A stretch of 64,000 bases of DNA, from IMG/VR virus record IMGVR_UViG_3300031578_000001; one strand, written 5' to 3'. The DNA comes from a virus. Each line of letters begins with the position of its first letter. Within the stretch, counting starts at the first letter, position 1. Of the stretch, positions 7,283-17,207 are shown in pieces. The notes below the pieces were generated by a model. It searched no databases. It saw nothing but the letters and a program-made list of their open reading frames with translations, and had not been told where the DNA came from. A program made the position numbers and the translations under genes.

Positions 7283-10200
7283 TTGACGCCGATCTCCAGT
7301 TTCCAGAGATGATGAAGCGCGTCGAGCGGACGATTGCCTCAGCATTCCCGATCGAATCGACCGGTCACATTATGGAGTTGAGCAATCTCGAGTGGAAGGG
7401 ATTCGGTAACGATGTGCGTGACAACATCACCCTTCACAAAGACTACAAGATGAAGGACAAGACCCTTTCGACCGATCTGGTGGGCGACATCACCATCCGC
7501 AAGAAAGGTGGAAAAGTGGTGGATAAGAAGACCGGGGCGGTCCTGCTCACGCTTCCCCATATCACCAACCGAGCCTCCTATATCGTCAACGGGAATGAGG
7601 TCCAGACCATCAATCAGCTTAGGCTCAGACCCGGGCCGTATACGCGGTTCACCTCCGATGACAATACCGAGACCTTCATCAATGCGGCCGGTGGCGGATA
7701 CAAGATCATCTTTGACAGGCAGACCGGTGTCATTCGGATCAAGTCGGGCACGACGTTCGTCTACATCTACCCCATCATGAAAGCCCTTGGCGTGTCTGAC
7801 CAGGCGATGCAGAGTGCTTGGGGATCGGTGATCTTCGAGGCGAACAAGAAGTATGACAAGCGTGAGCACGTCGAGAAACTCTTCAGGACGATGCGGAGAT
7901 TCAGCGCCGTTCCGGATAATCAGGTCGAGGTGGATCAGGCCGTGGAGGACTTCTTCAACTCGAAGAGGATCGATCCGAAGATCTCCAAGATCACATTGAA
8001 AAAGGAATTCACGAGTATCACCCCGGAATTGCTCCTGGACGCGAGCCGCAAGGCCGTGGATCTGGCCAAAGGGACGGCCGAGATGGACGACACGGAATCA
8101 CTGGCTTTCAAATCGATTCACTCGGTCGAGGACTTCGTCCCGGAGAAACTCGAGAGAGCCGTGCCGTCGATTCGTCGCCAGATCCAGATAAAGATGGATC
8201 GGATTCCTGTCGTCGAAACATTGATTTCGCCCAGGATGTTCTCGAATCCGGTGATCGACTGGTTCATGACCAGCGAGTTTACCAGGTATTCGGATCAGCA
8301 GAACCCCATCGACATGGCCGGGACCTCCCAGCTCACGACCACCATGGGCGAGGGAGGTATCCGGAGTATGCACGCCGTCACGGACCAGGTGCGAACGGTT
8401 CACCCATCCCAGATGGGTTTCCTGGATCCGCTGCACACTCCTGAAGGCGGAAAGATTGGCGTCACCGGGCACCTGACCATCGGAGCTCAGAAGAGAGGCG
8501 ACTCCCTCTTCTTGACCGTTCTCAACGCGAGGACGGGAGCACAGACTCAGAAGAGCGCGCAGGAGCTCGAGGACGCAACGGTGGCCTTCAATGATCAGTA
8601 CGTTCTCGACACTGGAAAGCCTAAACCCATCGCTTCCCTGATCGCGGCCAGGAAGGCGGGCAAGATCCAGATGGTCCCATCCGGAGAAGCGGACTTCATC
8701 TTTAAGGATCCCCGTTCTTTCTTCTCGGTCGCATCCAACGCGATTCCGTTCCTGCACAACAACAGTTCGAACCGCGGGCAGATGGCCGACCGTCATATCG
8801 AGCAGGCCGTTCCGCTTGTCAACCCCGACAGACCCCTGGTCCAGGCTCGGTTCAAGGGCGACATGGGGTACGACGATTACTTCGGCAAATACTCGAATGT
8901 AGCCGCTCCGATGGCTGGCACCGTGACCAAGGTCACGGACGATCTGATCAGGATCAAAGATCAGTCGGACCAAACCCACGACGTCAGATTGCACCACAAC
9001 TATCCTCTCAATGGGGGCTCGTTCCTCACGGACAGGCCTGTCGTGGTCACGGGGGATCGTGTCACTAAAGGCCAAGTCATCGCAGAGAACAATTTCACCA
9101 AGGATGGATCTCTGGCGCTCGGTAAGAATCTCCGCACGGCCCTGATCCCTTACAAGGGTCAGAATTTCGAGGACGGGGTGGTCATTTCCCAGGATGCCGC
9201 TACGAAGCTCACCTCGGAACATAAGCATGAGATGCGTCTCGATCTGACGAAGGACATTAAGATCGGACTCGACATCTGGCTGGCGCACTATCCGGACGAG
9301 GTGTCGAAGGTGAACCGGGGGAAGTACGACACGTCCGGAGTCATTCGTAAGGGCTCGAGAATCGATCGTGGCGATGTCCTGATCCCTGCCGTGGAGCAAG
9401 TCCAGATTCATGAAGAATATGATTACGCGAGGCTTCACAAGGCCCTGCGTCGACCCTGGCGCAATGTGGCGGTCACGTGGGAGTCGGATTATCCAGGAAC
9501 CGTGGTGGACGTGGTGAGGACGGCTAAGTTCATCAAGGTGTTCATCAGGACGGAGGAGGCTGCCCAGGTAGGCGACAAGTTATGCTATACCCCGGATCAT
9601 GAGGTTTTGACGCTCAGCGGATGGAAGCCTATTGCGGAGGTGACTCTCGACGATTGGGTAGCGGTTCTGGATGCAGATGGATTCCTTAGATACGAGCAGC
9701 CATACGAACTCCATTCTTACCTGATAGACGAGAACATCTACTCGCTGGAATCCCAACAGGTATCTCTGTCCGTGACTACGAATCACAATCTCTATGTCCG
9801 TAAGAGAGGGAATAAGGAGCACGAACTTATTCCCGCCGCTGAGTGCGTTGGAAAGCGCGTTCGACATAAAAAAGATGCGAAATGGGATGGTTCTTCCGTC
9901 GAAAAGATCGTGATCCCTGGATACACGGTGAAGTGCGGGCAGGGTGGCGCGGCGACGAAAATGATAGAGCCCTCCGAATTCGAGTCACGGGACTTTCTTC
10001 GTTTCTTGGGATTCTTCATTGCTGAGGGGAACCGGTGCGCCCCGAGGCGCGGCTCTTACAGAGTTTCGCTATCTCAGAATGACGGACCGAACAAGGTGTG
10101 GATCAAGCGGGTCCTCAAGAGACTCGGTCTCGGTTGTTCTCTGCCGAAAGGTAAGGTGGAGTTCTGTCACAGGGGAATCTGGGAATGGCTTGATTGTGTG

Positions 10201-13200
10201 GGTGATGGCGCTGGGAACAAACATATTCCGAAGTTGATCCTCGGTTTTAGCAGTGACCTTCTATTGTGCCTCTGGGAAGGACTGCATAGGGGAGATGGAT
10301 CAATAAGCAAGTCTGGCTCTGAGATCTACTATACATCGAGCCGTCAACTCGCGGATCAGGTTCAAGAATTGGCTTTGAAGGTCGGCTGGTCTGGAAATAT
10401 CTACACCAGATTCGAGGCTGGATGGGAGACGATCATTAAAGGGAAGAAGACTAAAGCCAACTTTGATGGTCTTGTGGTTCGGATCGTGAAATCGAAGAAC
10501 CAACCCATGATCAACCACGGGCACGCACGGACGCAGAACGGACAGGTGGAGGAATTGCGGCGATATTGTGGTCCGGTCCACTGTGTCACGGTTCCAGGCC
10601 ACATACTATATACGAGGAGAAATGGAAAGCCGGTCTGGTGCGGTAATTCCAATAGGGCAGGCGGCAAGGGCATCATCGTGAATATCCTTCCGGACAACGA
10701 GATGCTCAGGGATGAGTCGGGACAACCTCTCGACGTCCTGTTCAATCCCGGAGGCGTTGCCGGTCGAGTTAACCCGGGCCAGATCTTCGAGGGTGCAGCC
10801 GGAAAGGTGGCGCTGAAGACGGGCAAGCAGTACCTCGTCGACAACTTCTCGGAGCAGTCGTCCCTGGAGATGGTCAAGAAAAATCTCAAAGACGCCGGTA
10901 TGAGCGACCTCGAGAGCGTCACAGATCCCACGTCCAATAATACGGTCAAGGACGTGTTCGTCGGGAACGTGCATTTCGTGAAGTTGCAGCACCAGGTGAG
11001 TAAGAAGTTCTCGGCTCGGGGGATCGGAGGATACACGGCCGATGAGCAGCCCTCTAAGGTCAGCGGTGAGTCGGCACAGAACATCGGTTCAGGAGAGATC
11101 TATGCTCTACTGGCGTCAGGATCTCTTCATTTTTTGAAGGATGCTGCGACCCTGAAGTCGCAGTCGAATCCTGAATACTGGAGAGCCATGCAACTCGGGC
11201 TTCCCACTCCTCCTCCGAAACAACCTTTCATTCTCGACAAGTTCATCACGAGTCTCGAGGGCGCAGGGATCAACATGAAGCGGGAAGGAAACTCGCTGAA
11301 GGTCCTTCCCATGACGGACAAGGAAACTGAGTCGAGATCGAAGGGAGAGATCAAGAGTCCGGATGTCGTGAGAGCCTCGGACCTTCGTCCGGAACGAGGG
11401 GGTCTGTTCGACAAGGCCGTGACGGGAGGTATAGGCGGGACATCATGGTCCCACATCGATCTCGAGACGCCGGTCCCTAACCCTCTCATGGAGAAGTCGG
11501 TGATCTCTGTTCTGGGCCTCAAGCCGGCCGAGTACAGGGCAATCATGGCTGGGAATCTGTTCGTGACCCAGGACGGAAAATTCACAGCGGATCACCAGAA
11601 GGGACAGCCTGCCGGCGTCGGTCTGAAAATCCTTCTGGACAATGTGAACGTGAACCGAGAGCTCGAGAAGACCATCGTCGCCATTCGTGTGGCCAGGGGT
11701 GCGCGTCTCAACGAACTAAACCTCCGTAGACGCTATCTTCAGGCACTCAAGGCCTCTAAGATGACGCCGTCCGAGGCGTACATTCAGTCGAAAATCCCGG
11801 TCATTCCTCCGGCGTTCCGGCCGATCTATCCTCTTCCTGACGGGTCGCTGAACGTGGCCGATCCGAACCATAGCTACCGCGAGATCCTCATGATCAACAA
11901 CCAGCTGAAGGATCTCGCAGCCAAAGGAGTAGACAACAAGAACCTGGCACCAATCCGTGCGGATCTATTCGCAGCGGTCCAGGGTATGACCGGGATGATG
12001 GAGCCCCTTACCAGATCGAAGAACTTCAGGGGATTCGTGTCCACGATCAAGGGAAGGGTGAATAAGCGGGGCCTGTTCCAAGGTCGTGTGGTGAAGCGAC
12101 CACAGGATCTGTCCGGCCGCTCCACCATCATCCCGGACCCACAGCTCGGAATCGACGAGATGGGGATGCCCGCGGAGATGGGCCTTGTCATCTACAAACC
12201 GTTCATTGTGCGCCGACTCGTCGGTCTCGGGTACAAGCCGACCGAGGCCCTCGATCTCATCGACAAGAAAGACGAGAAGGCCCTCGAGGCACTCAGGCAG
12301 GAGGCGAAGGAGAGACCGGCCTATCTGAATCGAGCTCCCACGCTTCACAAATTCGGCATCATGCCTTTCCATCCGAAGATCATGGAAGGGAAAGCGATCA
12401 GGATCAATCCGTTGATCGTCCGGGGGTACAACGCCGACTTTGACGGGGACGATCAGATAGGCATAGTGTTATTGCACCTCGACCAGGAATCTCTTACCTT
12501 CGTAGAAGAGCAGTACGGTAAGAGATTCCTGGAGGACAGAGATGTGACGGCTCGTTACAAATGCTGCGTTCCGGCGTTTCAATCCGGGCGCTTGATCATG
12601 GTAGATCTCGCGGATTTCCCTGCCCTTCAGAAATTCAGAACTACTGAAGGGCGTAACGGCCCGATCGATTGGCATAAGATTCCGAAGGGCACCAGCGTAA
12701 TCGCCTATAATGAGTCCTCTGGTTCGCTGAAGTGGGCCAGAGCCACGGTCTGGTCCAAACACTATGACCGGCTTGTCGAGATCGTCGAACTTCAGAGTGG
12801 GAGACAGATCATCACCGATGACGATCCTCGCGCTGTGTACGGTATAGTCGCAGGATCGCTCGATTTTGTGAGGGCAACTCCAAAGGAGGCGGTTGAGACA
12901 GGGATTTTCGTACCCAGAATGGCGACAGCGGAGGTGCCGGATCTTGAACCAGAGTACATTCCGGCCCGAAATATCAAAGGAGCCAGATTACACCTGAAGG
13001 AGCGCATCGATCTCACAGGAGATTTTGGATATTTACTCGGATCCTTGGCTGGGGATGGCTGGCCGGTTTTTGTCCATGATGATGCCCGCGGCGTATCACT
13101 CGCTGGGATAGCAGACGAGGTAGTGGCCCGATGTGACCGGGCGGTAGACTCGCTGTTCGATGGCGCGGCGCCTGAATGTAGCCCGGTGGATGGTAAGGAA

Positions 13201-15885
13201 TCCTACGGCGAGAGTCGTCGAGTGACTTGGACTTCGGTCGAGCTTGGCTGGTTCATACACGGCCTGATCGGGAGGGGGGCGGAGAACAAGCATCTCCCTC
13301 CTTGGGTGTTCTCTTGTCGTAAGGAATTCAGATTTTCCGTGTTCGCCGGTCTCATGGATACGGACGGCGGAGTCGGAATTTCCAAGGCAAAGAAAAAGCC
13401 GCAACTCATGGCAAGCTATTCCTCTGTCAGTCTGCGGCTTGTAAGGGAGGTCAGGCTCCTCGCGGCTTCTTTGGGAATCGATAGCCGGATCACACCATCT
13501 AAGACCCCAGCCGGAGAGCCCTTTTGGGTGCTTAGTTTTTCAAATATCGGAATCAAGGAATGGGGAGGATCTGGTTTACAAAATCCGGACAAGATCAGAA
13601 AGATCTCCGAGACACCTGTCGATCCAAATTCCAATGTGGCTGCCCGATTTGATATCGTTCCGATCTCGTCCGGCCTTGCCCACGAGATCCGTAAGGTGAT
13701 CAAGGCTCCAAGGGATGCTTCCAAGGAAAGGAAATCGATCTATGTTGTTCTTAGTAAGGCGATCACCGTTGGATCTATGAGTCGCCAGATAGCTGTAAAG
13801 ATACTCAGCATGTTCAAGACGTTCGATCATCCAGATTACGAGAGGTGGAAGACGATTGTTAGATCCGGCGTCAAGTGGGATCGAGTCGTTTCGTTTGAAA
13901 GAACCGGTATCAAGGAAACTGGGTATGACTTGACTGTTCCCGGGTTTGAGACCTTTGTCTCGATCGATGGACTCGTTTTGTCGAACACCATGGGCGTTCA
14001 CGTTCCTGTGAGCGAAGAGGCCAGGATCGAGGCCCTGTCGAAGATGCCGTCAAAGCAGCTCTTTTCCGTCACGGATGACTCGGTGATTCACACGCCGACC
14101 AAGGAATACGTCCTTGGTCTCTACCTCATGACGAAACCTATTGGGCCTAAGGTGACGGCCAAGAATGTTTCCGAGATGCTCGATCGGTTCAACAAGAAAG
14201 AGATCCTGGTGAACCAGACTGTGAGCATCCTCGGGAAGATCTGGACGCCTGGACAGGCTCTCGTGAACGATGTGTTTCCTTCCGGGATGAGGCCCGGCAA
14301 CGTCATTGTCAATAAGAGCAAGATGTCGGCCCTGATCGAGGAAGCTGCGAGGACCTACCCTAAGGAGGCCGGGAGCGTCATCACGAAACTCAAGGACCTC
14401 GGTGCGTTCTACGTCACGGAGATTGGGTACTCGGTCGGTCTCAAGGATCTCGAATTCAATTACGTGAAGAGGGACAAGATTCTCGCGGATGCGGCCAAGA
14501 AGACGCCCAGAATAGGATTCGAGGCGGCCTACGGACAGGCCCTCGGTCGTCTCGACAATCAGGTGAAAGGAATGAAGGGGAATCGATTCGTTCTCGGGAA
14601 CATCGAGTCGGGAGCCTTCGGTAAGGCCGACATGGTGACGCAGATGATCGCCACACCGGTGGCGGTGCGTGATCATAAAAATGAACTCATTGAAGTTCCA
14701 ATCGCCAAGAGCTTCGTAGAGGGGCACAGCATCACGTCATACTGGTCCACGATTCCAGGCGCACGGAAGGGCCTCATCGAGAAGGGCCTCGGTACCGCCG
14801 AGACGGGAGCGCTGAGTAAGAGGCTCATCAACACGACGATCGAGCAGATCATTTCGATTCAGGACTGTGGAACGCTCGAAGGCATCATGATGCCCATCGA
14901 ATCGAGGGAAGCGGTCGACCGTGTGGTCTCCGACGGGCGAAACGCCGGCAAGATATTGACTCAGTCCCTTGCCAGGCAGATGAAGGCCGCAGGGAAGTCA
15001 CAGGTCAAGGTCAGATCTCCGTTAACTTGCCGCGCTCAGAGAGGAATCTGCGCGAAGTGTTTTGGTCTGCTCGAGAACGGTCAGTTCCCTCCCATCGGGT
15101 ATCACGTAGGTGTCCTCGCGGGTCAGGCCATAAGCGAGCCTATGACCCAACTGATGCTTAAATCTTTTCATACCGGCGGTGCCATGAGCCGGAAGATGGT
15201 CGGTTTCGATCGGATCCGCCAGATCATGGAGATGCCCGAGAATGTTCCCGGGAAAGCTACGATCGCCATGACGACCGGGACCGTGGATAGCATCACTCAG
15301 GCTGCCGGTGGCGGCTGGATCGTGAAGATAGATGACGTGGATCACTTCATCCCGAAAGAGCGTGGACTGGGGGTTAAGCGCGGAGATAGAGTTCTCGCCG
15401 GTAAGACGATATCGAAGACCGGAGTCGTGAGGCCTCAGGATCTACTCTCGGCTACGAACGACATCAACGTGGTTCGTGGCCGTCTGATCAAGGACCTCGA
15501 AAATGAGTTCAGCCAGGGAGGCGTCAGGATCAAGCGTAAACTCTTCGAGACGGTAGTGAAGCCCATGACCGATAGGTCCGAGGTGCTTGATGCCGGGGAT
15601 GGAGAGAAGCACGAGATCTTCAAGGGGGATATCATTCCGACGAATCTGATCGATGAGACCAACAAGAAGATCAAACAGACCGGCGGCCGGCTGATCCAGT
15701 TCAAGCCGTCACTTCTGTCGATTAGGGTCGCCCCTTATCACAGCGGGGATTTCGTTGGTAAATTGATGTTCGAGCGTCCACATGAGACAATCTCTGCGGC
15801 GCCTCGGATAGGGGCCAAGTCGGATATCGCTACGGGTCATCCGATTACGCAGTATGTTTTCGGCCAGCTCGGAAAGAAGAAATGA
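7279..15885 (+). CDS. rpoBC: DNA-directed RNA polymerase, fused beta-beta' subunits, with two inteins (2868 aa; ~2001 aa spliced)
   Basis: Beta motifs NAIPFLHNNSSNR, GQNFEDG, GDKL/SNRAGGKG, NPGGVAGRVNPGQ, KLQHQVSKKFSAR. Beta' motifs IPPAFRP, DLSGRS, LNRAPTLH, catalytic NADFDGD, bridge helix GARKGL..TAETG, SPLTC..C..C Zn site, trigger loop QAISEPMTQLMLKSFHTGG. Confidence 0.97.
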   Translation: MIDADLQFPEMMKRVERTIASAFPIESTGHIMELSNLEWKGFGNDVRDNITLHKDYKMKDKTLSTDLVGDITIRKKGGKVVDKKTGAVLLTLPHITNRASYIVNGNEVQTINQLRLRPGPYTRFTSDDNTETFINAAGGGYKIIFDRQTGVIRIKSGTTFVYIYPIMKALGVSDQAMQSAWGSVIFEANKKYDKREHVEKLFRTMRRFSAVPDNQVEVDQAVEDFFNSKRIDPKISKITLKKEFTSITPELLLDASRKAVDLAKGTAEMDDTESLAFKSIHSVEDFVPEKLERAVPSIRRQIQIKMDRIPVVETLISPRMFSNPVIDWFMTSEFTRYSDQQNPIDMAGTSQLTTTMGEGGIRSMHAVTDQVRTVHPSQMGFLDPLHTPEGGKIGVTGHLTIGAQKRGDSLFLTVLNARTGAQTQKSAQELEDATVAFNDQYVLDTGKPKPIASLIAARKAGKIQMVPSGEADFIFKDPRSFFSVASNAIPFLHNNSSNRGQMADRHIEQAVPLVNPDRPLVQARFKGDMGYDDYFGKYSNVAAPMAGTVTKVTDDLIRIKDQSDQTHDVRLHHNYPLNGGSFLTDRPVVVTGDRVTKGQVIAENNFTKDGSLALGKNLRTALIPYKGQNFEDGVVISQDAATKLTSEHKHEMRLDLTKDIKIGLDIWLAHYPDEVSKVNRGKYDTSGVIRKGSRIDRGDVLIPAVEQVQIHEEYDYARLHKALRRPWRNVAVTWESDYPGTVVDVVRTAKFIKVFIRTEEAAQVGDKLCYTPDHEVLTLSGWKPIAEVTLDDWVAVLDADGFLRYEQPYELHSYLIDENIYSLESQQVSLSVTTNHNLYVRKRGNKEHELIPAAECVGKRVRHKKDAKWDGSSVEKIVIPGYTVKCGQGGAATKMIEPSEFESRDFLRFLGFFIAEGNRCAPRRGSYRVSLSQNDGPNKVWIKRVLKRLGLGCSLPKGKVEFCHRGIWEWLDCVGDGAGNKHIPKLILGFSSDLLLCLWEGLHRGDGSISKSGSEIYYTSSRQLADQVQELALKVGWSGNIYTRFEAGWETIIKGKKTKANFDGLVVRIVKSKNQPMINHGHARTQNGQVEELRRYCGPVHCVTVPGHILYTRRNGKPVWCGNSNRAGGKGIIVNILPDNEMLRDESGQPLDVLFNPGGVAGRVNPGQIFEGAAGKVALKTGKQYLVDNFSEQSSLEMVKKNLKDAGMSDLESVTDPTSNNTVKDVFVGNVHFVKLQHQVSKKFSARGIGGYTADEQPSKVSGESAQNIGSGEIYALLASGSLHFLKDAATLKSQSNPEYWRAMQLGLPTPPPKQPFILDKFITSLEGAGINMKREGNSLKVLPMTDKETESRSKGEIKSPDVVRASDLRPERGGLFDKAVTGGIGGTSWSHIDLETPVPNPLMEKSVISVLGLKPAEYRAIMAGNLFVTQDGKFTADHQKGQPAGVGLKILLDNVNVNRELEKTIVAIRVARGARLNELNLRRRYLQALKASKMTPSEAYIQSKIPVIPPAFRPIYPLPDGSLNVADPNHSYREILMINNQLKDLAAKGVDNKNLAPIRADLFAAVQGMTGMMEPLTRSKNFRGFVSTIKGRVNKRGLFQGRVVKRPQDLSGRSTIIPDPQLGIDEMGMPAEMGLVIYKPFIVRRLVGLGYKPTEALDLIDKKDEKALEALRQEAKERPAYLNRAPTLHKFGIMPFHPKIMEGKAIRINPLIVRGYNADFDGDDQIGIVLLHLDQESLTFVEEQYGKRFLEDRDVTARYKCCVPAFQSGRLIMVDLADFPALQKFRTTEGRNGPIDWHKIPKGTSVIAYNESSGSLKWARATVWSKHYDRLVEIVELQSGRQIITDDDPRAVYGIVAGSLDFVRATPKEAVETGIFVPRMATAEVPDLEPEYIPARNIKGARLHLKERIDLTGDFGYLLGSLAGDGWPVFVHDDARGVSLAGIADEVVARCDRAVDSLFDGAAPECSPVDGKESYGESRRVTWTSVELGWFIHGLIGRGAENKHLPPWVFSCRKEFRFSVFAGLMDTDGGVGISKAKKKPQLMASYSSVSLRLVREVRLLAASLGIDSRITPSKTPAGEPFWVLSFSNIGIKEWGGSGLQNPDKIRKISETPVDPNSNVAARFDIVPISSGLAHEIRKVIKAPRDASKERKSIYVVLSKAITVGSMSRQIAVKILSMFKTFDHPDYERWKTIVRSGVKWDRVVSFERTGIKETGYDLTVPGFETFVSIDGLVLSNTMGVHVPVSEEARIEALSKMPSKQLFSVTDDSVIHTPTKEYVLGLYLMTKPIGPKVTAKNVSEMLDRFNKKEILVNQTVSILGKIWTPGQALVNDVFPSGMRPGNVIVNKSKMSALIEEAARTYPKEAGSVITKLKDLGAFYVTEIGYSVGLKDLEFNYVKRDKILADAAKKTPRIGFEAAYGQALGRLDNQVKGMKGNRFVLGNIESGAFGKADMVTQMIATPVAVRDHKNELIEVPIAKSFVEGHSITSYWSTIPGARKGLIEKGLGTAETGALSKRLINTTIEQIISIQDCGTLEGIMMPIESREAVDRVVSDGRNAGKILTQSLARQMKAAGKSQVKVRSPLTCRAQRGICAKCFGLLENGQFPPIGYHVGVLAGQAISEPMTQLMLKSFHTGGAMSRKMVGFDRIRQIMEMPENVPGKATIAMTTGTVDSITQAAGGGWIVKIDDVDHFIPKERGLGVKRGDRVLAGKTISKTGVVRPQDLLSATNDINVVRGRLIKDLENEFSQGGVRIKRKLFETVVKPMTDRSEVLDAGDGEKHEIFKGDIIPTNLIDETNKKIKQTGGRLIQFKPSLLSIRVAPYHSGDFVGKLMFERPHETISAAPRIGAKSDIATGHPITQYVFGQLGKKK
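9583..10647 (+). mobile_element. intein with LAGLIDADG homing endonuclease in RNAP beta (355 aa)
   Basis: Splits GDKL|SNR; starts CYTPDH, Block B TTNH, FLGFFIAEG and WEGLHRGDG motifs, ends WCGN with +1 Ser. Confidence 0.93.
12451..13986 (+). mobile_element. non-canonical intein with LAGLIDADG endonuclease directly after the RNAP beta' NADFDGD motif (512 aa)
   Basis: Removal restores NADFDGD|TMGVHVP; YLLGSLAGDG and FAGLMDTDG motifs; C-terminal GYDLTV..TFV..DGLVLSN|T; starts DQIG rather than C/S. Confidence 0.85.
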
Positions 15886-17195
15886 TCGCAGTCGGAGAAG
15901 TCACGCAGTCCGTCCCGACGAAGCGGGCGTACTTCGTTAATTTCTACGACGGGGTCGAGAAACTGTGCTCCATCGGAAACATCGGGATCGACATACCTCT
16001 GCGGGAAGGCGACAAGGTTCTATGCGCTTTCTCTGATACACGGGTGAACAGCGGGTGGGTGATCCTCTGCCGGATCGACACGCCGAGACTCCCTAAGCCG
16101 GGCGAGGAGAATCTCGAGAAGAGCATCGAGCAACAACTCGCCGAGGAGCAGGAGAACCTGATCAAGACGGCAGTTGGCGGCTACGAGCCCGACGGCATTC
16201 CGGACTGGGGAGGCGGTTGGGACGAACCCCCGACCTACGGCGAGATCCTGGCCAAGAGTCGGACATCCCAAGGATTCTCGAAGGTGATGTCCGATGGGTC
16301 CATGATCAACTTCGTGGATCAGATCCTCCACATCGTCCTGAGCAAGCACAATAAGGCGGCGATCTTCAGGATGAAGCAACTTATTCTCGACGTGATTCCT
16401 GGATTTTTCCTGAACGTCACTCCTAAGGACCAGGTCGACGTGCAGCCAGAGGCTCCTACCGAGGCGACATCTCCGAACAAGAAGAAAGTCATAATCGAAT
16501 CCGGGATCGCTCCTGATCCAGAAGACAACCTCATCGATTTCTTCATGGAAGCCGGAATCCTGAAGCAGATGGACGACCCTGGCTACGGGAAGAGCGTCGA
16601 TACACAGGGCAAGAAGATCAAGCGAGGAGGTCGGGTAAGGATCAGGGATTTCGCCATCTTCGAGTCCGACATCGAGAACAAGGAGTTGCGACTCACGTTT
16701 CAGATCCCAGGAACGGCTCCGACAGATCTGTACCAGATCAGGGCTAACACGAGCGAGTTCGTGATCTCGTGGGGAAAACAATTCTTCGCGATCAGGGACT
16801 CCGGAATCATGATGAAGGGGGATCTTCTTGGCTTCGCCGGACCCTGGGCCATGTGGAGTAAGATGACTACCGAACCCCTTATGCACAATACGGAGCTCTC
16901 CGAAGACCAGATGCAGCCGATCTGCGAATGGAAAGAGGATGCCCCGGCTGGCGGGATTAAGTTCCTCAAAAGTGTATACTTTGGACAGAACGAGGAACCT
17001 GCGGTTCTCCAGTCGTTTATCGACAATGTGTATACGAAGGAGATGGATCTCATTCGGGACCACTTCCACTCGTATTCGCCGCCTGCGGTCGTCACTGGCA
17101 CGTCGCCGGCACTCCAGGCGGGATTACTGGTGCTCGATGCTCTTCTGGATCCGCCGCTGGTGTCAGATATTCTGAGCGGACAGATCACGATCTGA
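15882..17195 (+). CDS. putative baseplate spike/gp5-like protein with N-terminal OB-fold (437 aa)
   Basis: N-terminal G-V...P..EGDKVLCAF....WVILC pattern resembles gp5/gpV OB domains and is followed by beta-strand repeats. Confidence 0.45.
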   Translation: MIAVGEVTQSVPTKRAYFVNFYDGVEKLCSIGNIGIDIPLREGDKVLCAFSDTRVNSGWVILCRIDTPRLPKPGEENLEKSIEQQLAEEQENLIKTAVGGYEPDGIPDWGGGWDEPPTYGEILAKSRTSQGFSKVMSDGSMINFVDQILHIVLSKHNKAAIFRMKQLILDVIPGFFLNVTPKDQVDVQPEAPTEATSPNKKKVIIESGIAPDPEDNLIDFFMEAGILKQMDDPGYGKSVDTQGKKIKRGGRVRIRDFAIFESDIENKELRLTFQIPGTAPTDLYQIRANTSEFVISWGKQFFAIRDSGIMMKGDLLGFAGPWAMWSKMTTEPLMHNTELSEDQMQPICEWKEDAPAGGIKFLKSVYFGQNEEPAVLQSFIDNVYTKEMDLIRDHFHSYSPPAVVTGTSPALQAGLLVLDALLDPPLVSDILSGQITI

Positions 17196-17207
17196 CGGAG
17201 GAAGAAG

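Noticed and set aside
8098-9438. 446-aa antisense ORF in RNAP
   Set aside because: Shadow of a GC3-rich sense gene; no RBS or motif, and biased composition.
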